From positions 2,340,001 through 2,372,000 of the forward strand of contig FP565575.1 in assembly GCA_000091165.1 (NCBI GenBank): a stretch of 32,000 nucleotides of DNA, read 5' to 3'. The position numbers were made by a program, and so were the translations under genes. This DNA is from Candidatus Methylomirabilis oxygeniifera. Its GTDB lineage: Bacteria > Methylomirabilota > Methylomirabilia > Methylomirabilales > Methylomirabilaceae. The notes beneath the pieces were generated by a model that saw only the letters and a program-made list of their open reading frames with translations, did not search any database and was not told where the DNA came from. This document shows positions 27,341-32,000 of this stretch, in pieces (positions within the stretch are counted from its first letter, which is position 1; each line of letters begins with the position of its first letter).

Positions 27341-27367
27341 ATCAGCTTTCAGCGATCAGCGTTCAGG
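27341..27367 (+). repeat. tandem heptanucleotide repeats between dnaG and rpoD
   Basis: ATCAGC TTTCAGC GATCAGC GTTCAGG. Confidence 0.55.
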
Positions 27368-27388
27368 CATCGGTGATGATGCAGTGGG

Positions 27389-29233
27389 CTATCTCGCAGT
27401 TCCATGATACTGTGTGGACGCAAGAGGCGGCCGGTTGCGATTGAGCGCGAGAAACTCGGCCTGCAGGTGCGCAACCATCGCATGATCACCCGCTCGTTCG
27501 GCCGCTTCCATCTGTCGCCGGAGTTCTTCACCCTTTTTACGCTCGCGCCTGGCTGTGAGGCGCGCAAGGCAATCAGAGAGGGCCCGCTCGACTGCCTCCT
27601 CCCCGTCGTATTCCGCGAGATCTGTTGCCAGCAACTGTGTGAGTATCCGCTGTGCCTCCGGTTCTATGGCGGCCAGGGGTGTTGCGCCACGGCCCGTCTC
27701 CTGGCCAACGACGGCATATTGAAAGATCCTGCGAAGCGAGCGATCTTCCAACTCCTCCGGCCGTACCCTCTTTCGCACACGATCGGCCGCGCCGGGATGG
27801 TGGAGCGCCAGGTGGAGAAGCTTCCACTCGATAGAGGGCAACCCTCTGGGTTGCAGCGTCAGCGGTATGGTGTCCCGTTTGCGACCTCTCACCTGGCGGT
27901 TGAGTTCGCGGACGATGGCGTCATTGGAGAGTGACACCCGACGCGCCAACTTGTCCGCATAGTGCTGCCTCGTCACCTCATTGCCGACGGCACCCAAAAG
28001 GGGCAGCACGGCATTCACCGCTTCAGCCTGGCCTTCAGGGCTGGTCAGATCGAACCCCGAAACCTTTCGATCGAGCAGAAACTCCATCAGATCCTTCGAC
28101 TGCGCGAGCGCCTCGGCGAAGGCTGATGGGCCGCGCTCCCGCAGAAACCGATCAGGATCTTCTCCGTCAGGAAGCAGGATCACCCGCCAGTCCAGCCCGC
28201 TGTTGAGTAGGCTCTCGACACAACGCCTCGCGGCGGCGATTCCCGCCGGGTCAGGATCGAACACCAGGAACGCCCGTGTCGTATGCCGGTGGAGCAAGGT
28301 GATCTGTTGAGCTGTCAGCGCCGTGCCCAGAACCGCCACGGTATGCTGGACACCGGACGCGTGCAGGGCGATCAGGTCGAAATACCCTTCCACGACAACA
28401 GCCGACCCTCGATCGCGAATGGCGGAGGCCGCCAGGTGCAGGCCGAAGAGGTGCGCTCCCTTCTTGTAGATAGCGGTCTCCGGGGAGTTCAGATATTTCG
28501 GCGCCGAATCGTCCATGACGCGGCCACCGAAGGCGATCACTTGACCCGACGAATCACAGATCGGGATCATCAATCGGTTTCTGAAACGATCGTAAGCCCC
28601 GCTCCCATCCTTGCGCAGCAGCGCCAGCCCCGCCTCTTCCACCTGCTGCTTGGAGAAGCCCCTGCGCAGTAGATGGCGAAGAAGCCCGTCCCAGGACGCT
28701 GTGGCGTACCCGAGTCCGAACTGCTCGACTACCGTATCCGGAATCCCGCGGCTCCTCAGATACGCGCGGGCCGTTGTCCCGACCGTCTGATGCTGAAGCT
28801 GGTGGCGAAAGAATTCCGCCGCGACCTTGTGAATCTCGAGTAGCCCATGACGCGCGTGCTCGTTCTGTCCTGTCCCGCTCCCGGCATGTGTGCGAGATTG
28901 AGCCGGCAGGCTGATCCCGGCTCGGTCGGCCAGCGACCGGATCGCTTCCGGGAAGCTCAAGTGTTCCTGCTTCATCAGGAAACCGATCGCATCCCCGCCC
29001 TCTCCGCAGCCAAAACAGTGAAAGATCTGACGCTCCGGGTTGACAGTGAAGGAAGGTGTCTTTTCATTATGGAAGGGACACAGGGCCTTGAAGTAGCGTC
29101 CGGCAGGCTTCAGCGGAAGGTATCTGCCGATAAGCTGCACGATATCGGTGCCGGCCAGCACCCGGGAGACCGCCTCCTCCGCGATCACTGTCCGCTCATC
29201 CTTTTCATGCCGCTCCGCCCATGGACACGCCAT
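27389..29233 (-). CDS. dnaG: DNA primase DnaG
   Basis: Zinc finger CPFHNEKTPSFTVNPERQIFHCFGCGEGGDAIGFL, with TOPRIM region VVVEGYFDLIALH. The start is either the ATG at 29233 (overlaps the mutS2 end by 29 nt) or the GTG at 29188 behind AAGGATGA. Confidence 0.93.
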   Translation of the reverse strand: MACPWAERHEKDERTVIAEEAVSRVLAGTDIVQLIGRYLPLKPAGRYFKALCPFHNEKTPSFTVNPERQIFHCFGCGEGGDAIGFLMKQEHLSFPEAIRSLADRAGISLPAQSRTHAGSGTGQNEHARHGLLEIHKVAAEFFRHQLQHQTVGTTARAYLRSRGIPDTVVEQFGLGYATASWDGLLRHLLRRGFSKQQVEEAGLALLRKDGSGAYDRFRNRLMIPICDSSGQVIAFGGRVMDDSAPKYLNSPETAIYKKGAHLFGLHLAASAIRDRGSAVVVEGYFDLIALHASGVQHTVAVLGTALTAQQITLLHRHTTRAFLVFDPDPAGIAAARRCVESLLNSGLDWRVILLPDGEDPDRFLRERGPSAFAEALAQSKDLMEFLLDRKVSGFDLTSPEGQAEAVNAVLPLLGAVGNEVTRQHYADKLARRVSLSNDAIVRELNRQVRGRKRDTIPLTLQPRGLPSIEWKLLHLALHHPGAADRVRKRVRPEELEDRSLRRIFQYAVVGQETGRGATPLAAIEPEAQRILTQLLATDLAEYDGEEAVERALSDCLARLTARRERKKGEELRRQMEAAERAGDHAMVAHLQAEFLALNRNRPPLASTQYHGTAR

Positions 29234-31619
29234 GGGGATATAACTCTACAATGGTGGCGCCGATCCCCCCCTCCAGATAGTCGGCCACGCGAAAGCTCTC
29301 GACCAGCGGGTGATCCACAAGAAGCCCCGTCACCGTTTTTCTGAGGATGCCTGAGCCCTTTCCATGAATGATTCGAACGGTGGGAAGTCCGACGATGAAC
29401 GCGTCTCCGACATACTGGTCAAGACGCCGAGCCGCTTCAGCCGCATCGCATCCGATCAGGTTCAGTTCGCCCTTCACGTCATCCGTTGTCCTGGCCAGCC
29501 GGATCGGCCTGCTCGTTTCACCCTGAGGGGGATCGCCCTGGATTATCACCGCTTCCAGAGGGACTCTCATCTTCCCGATGGGAAGCCGGATTTCTACGGT
29601 CCCGGAAGATGAGGGCTTTCCGATCACCGTTCCGCGCTGTCCAAGCCCCCTGATCACAACCTCCTGCCCATCGCGTATCGACGCCGCATCCACGCTGCAT
29701 GCCGCGTGATCAGAACCGGTCACATCGCTGAGCCTGGCCTTTGTCTGCCGCTCCACGTCGATGAGTCGCCGGCGCACCTGCTGTGCCGACCGCCCACGCG
29801 ATTGCGCCAACCTGAACTCCCGAAGGAGTCGTTCGACCTCGATTCGAGCGTCAGCGACAGCTCCCTCGGTCTGCTGACAGGCCAAGCGATACAACTGCTC
29901 GGCCTCAACCCTCGCCGCGTCTCGTCGCGTCTCGGCCTCCGCCCGCGCCCTGGCTGTCTCGGCAACCTCGCGGGCCAGCACCTCACGCTCTATGGTGAGA
30001 CGCGCCTGCTCGTCCTCCAACCGATCCAGCAGCAGCCGTAACGGATCGCGCCCTTCGCCGAGTAGCCGCTCAGCCTGTTGAATGACGCGTAGAGGCAACC
30101 CAACCCGAGAGGCAATCGCCAAGCCATGGCTGCGACCGGAAAGCCCAATTAATAATTTATACAGCGGTCTCAGGGTGTCAAGATCGAACTCCACGCAGCC
30201 GTTTTCGATTCGAGGGTGCGAATAGGCATAGGCCTTGATGGCGTCCAGGTGCGTTGTCGCCACGACCAGCGCGCCACGCTCCAGCAGCGCGTCAAGAATG
30301 GCGATTCCCAAGCATGCCCCTTCGACCGGGTCGGTGCCGGCGCCAAGCTCATCGAGCAATACCAGGGTTCCGGGTTGCGCCGCGTCGAGGATGCGCCGAA
30401 TCTGACCGATATGGGAGGAAAAGGTGCTCAGACTTTGCTCGATACTCTGTTCATCTCCGATATCCGCCAGGACGCCGCTGAAAAAGGGGACCTCGGAGTC
30501 CGGAGAGGCCGGCAGATGTAGGCCGGCCTGCGCCATCAGGGAGAGCAGGCCGGCAGTCTTCAAGGCGACCGTCTTGCCGCCGGTATTCGGTCCGGTGATG
30601 AGCAGCGCGTCAAAGCTATCGCCCAGACGCAGGTCGATCGGGATGGTTCGGTGTATCCCGGCCGCGTCGATCCGCTCCAGTAAGAGCGGGTGGCCGGCCT
30701 CCCGCAGCAGCAGCGGACCAGCCTCCTTCAAGGCGACGGGGGCGCAGTGCAGCGTATCGGCAAATCGGGCAGCGGCACATCGGACGTCCAGCTCGGCCGC
30801 GAGAAGCATCGTTGAGAGCACCGCATCGGCTGTTGCACGGAGAGTAGCGGTCAGCGCGGCCAGCACCCTTCTGATCTCCTCCTCTTCAGACCGCTGCAAC
30901 AACCGCAACTGATTATTAAGCTCGACAACCTCCTGGGGCTCCAGGAAGATGGTGACACCGCTGATGGACCGGTCCTGGACCACACCTTTCAGAACGGTCC
31001 GATAGTTCGGTTTGACGGGGATCACGTACCGGTCGTTTCGAAGTGTCACAAGCGATTCAGTGATATAGGGCTGGAGGGTAGGAGTCATCAACAGGGACTG
31101 CAATCGCGCATGGATCAGGTTGCGGAGCTGATGGAGACCAATCCGAAGCTGGTTGAGTCGTTGGCTGGCGGTATCCTTCACCTCTCCATCGGCTTCGATC
31201 GTTGCGTGAATCTCCCCTATCAGGTCGGTATGATCATCCAGCCGGGAGACGATCGCATGAAGCCGTGGACACCGCTCCCTGGAGCGGACGATGGTGTGGC
31301 GGATCGCCGCCGCCGTTTCCAGTGATGTGACGATCCTGACGAAATCGATTGCCGCGAGTACGGCCCCTTCTGGTCGAGATCGTTGAACCGACTCTCTGAT
31401 GTCATGCAGTTGGTCAAACGGCAGTGCGACTTCCCTGGCCAGCAGCACCCGGAACTCCTCAATCTCGTTCCGGACCTTCTGTGCGTCCTCAAGCGTGGGC
31501 AGGGGATGAATCGCGTGCGCCAACTCTCTTCCAAGCGGCGATCCGGCCCGGGCGGCCACTCTCGCCTGGATGGCAGGCCATTCCAGGACCTCGAGGGTGT
31601 GCTGGTCGATCCGATTCAT
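29205..31619 (-). CDS. mutS2: endonuclease MutS2 (MutS ATPase plus C-terminal Smr domain)
   Basis: Walker A LITGPNTGGKTVALKT, and Smr tail ELNLIGCDAAEAARRLDQYVGDAFIVGLPTVRIIHGKGSGILRKTV. The preferred start is the ATG at 31619 (MNRIDQHTLEVLEWPAI). The 46-aa extension of the ORF-track start at 31757 looks noncoding. Confidence 0.92.
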   Translation of the reverse strand: MNRIDQHTLEVLEWPAIQARVAARAGSPLGRELAHAIHPLPTLEDAQKVRNEIEEFRVLLAREVALPFDQLHDIRESVQRSRPEGAVLAAIDFVRIVTSLETAAAIRHTIVRSRERCPRLHAIVSRLDDHTDLIGEIHATIEADGEVKDTASQRLNQLRIGLHQLRNLIHARLQSLLMTPTLQPYITESLVTLRNDRYVIPVKPNYRTVLKGVVQDRSISGVTIFLEPQEVVELNNQLRLLQRSEEEEIRRVLAALTATLRATADAVLSTMLLAAELDVRCAAARFADTLHCAPVALKEAGPLLLREAGHPLLLERIDAAGIHRTIPIDLRLGDSFDALLITGPNTGGKTVALKTAGLLSLMAQAGLHLPASPDSEVPFFSGVLADIGDEQSIEQSLSTFSSHIGQIRRILDAAQPGTLVLLDELGAGTDPVEGACLGIAILDALLERGALVVATTHLDAIKAYAYSHPRIENGCVEFDLDTLRPLYKLLIGLSGRSHGLAIASRVGLPLRVIQQAERLLGEGRDPLRLLLDRLEDEQARLTIEREVLAREVAETARARAEAETRRDAARVEAEQLYRLACQQTEGAVADARIEVERLLREFRLAQSRGRSAQQVRRRLIDVERQTKARLSDVTGSDHAACSVDAASIRDGQEVVIRGLGQRGTVIGKPSSSGTVEIRLPIGKMRVPLEAVIIQGDPPQGETSRPIRLARTTDDVKGELNLIGCDAAEAARRLDQYVGDAFIVGLPTVRIIHGKGSGILRKTVTGLLVDHPLVESFRVADYLEGGIGATIVELYPHGVSMGGAA

Positions 31620-31756
31620 CTGATACAAGGGCCTCCGAATACCATGGTACGGTGCGGACACGCTATAAACGCACAGGGGACTCGGTTTCGAGTCCCCTGA
31701 ACGGCCCACCCCCCCCAATACGGGGGTACACGTATAATGAGACAATAGCGCGGTCA

Positions 31757-32000
31757 TTACCGCCGTGATAATGCGTCCTTCACCATCTGACTGGCCACCT
31801 TCCCATCAGCCCGGCCTGAGATCTCCGGCATCAGGAGCGCCATGACTTTACCCATGTCCTTGAGGGAGCTCGCCTGCGCCGTGACGAGCGCGTCCTCTAT
31901 TTTCGTTCGAAGCTCTTCCGGAGAGAGCGGCGGAGGCAGGTACAACTCAAGGATCTTCAGCTCGGCCTCCTCTTTTGCGGCCAGATCATCGCGTCCCCCC
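31757..32000 (-). CDS. yqeY: GatB/YqeY-domain protein, C-terminal part (gene start beyond the right edge)
   Basis: The frame stays open to the window end: ..RDDLAAKEEAELKILELYLPPPLSPEELRTKIEDALVTAQASSLKDMGKVMALLMPEISGRADGKVASQMVKDALSRR, a YqeY-like C-terminus. Confidence 0.75.
   Translation of the reverse strand, partial: GGRDDLAAKEEAELKILELYLPPPLSPEELRTKIEDALVTAQASSLKDMGKVMALLMPEISGRADGKVASQMVKDALSRR

Noticed and set aside
31620-31757. 46-aa N-terminal extension of MutS2 (start at 31757)
   Set aside because: The extension abuts the yqeY stop and has odd composition. The MutS2 family N-terminus (MNRIDQHTLEVLEWPAI) begins at the ATG at 31619.

Overview
High-GC (about 60%) chromosomal segment from a diderm bacterium, shown by lptD and lpxC. 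Both edges are housekeeping: lptD on the left, and on the right polX, lpxC, a DUF721 gene, RNase HI, a COG1579 zinc-ribbon gene, tRNA-CAT, rpoD, dnaG, mutS2 and yqeY, all on the minus strand. An accessory defence island of about 19 kb (roughly 1.1-20.4 kb) lies between them. Its core is a complete subtype I-G (formerly I-U) CRISPR-Cas locus on the minus strand: cas3 (C-terminal HD), csx17/cas8u, csb1/cas7u, csb2/cas5u-6u, a cas4-cas1 fusion and cas2. A roughly 200-nt leader and a 24-repeat array (36-nt repeats, 23 unique 36-38 nt spacers) follow. Six type II toxin-antitoxin (TA) pairs flank the locus on both sides: five PIN/VapC toxins with different antitoxin folds and one Doc. The island also holds a WYL-domain regulator, an orphan YgiT-type zinc-finger gene, a frameshifted ORF6N pseudogene and several short intergenic repeat families. 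The most unusual structure lies just beyond the leader-distal end of the array. Five solitary CRISPR repeats of a second family (I-C/I-G-like, GC hairpin plus ATTGAAAC tag) sit there in the same polarity as the array. The three intervals of about 0.8 kb between them each hold exactly one promoter-equipped TA cassette. The last of these repeats lies exactly one spacer length (36 nt) from the terminal I-G repeat. All calls come from reading the sequence and ORF translations; no database search was run.
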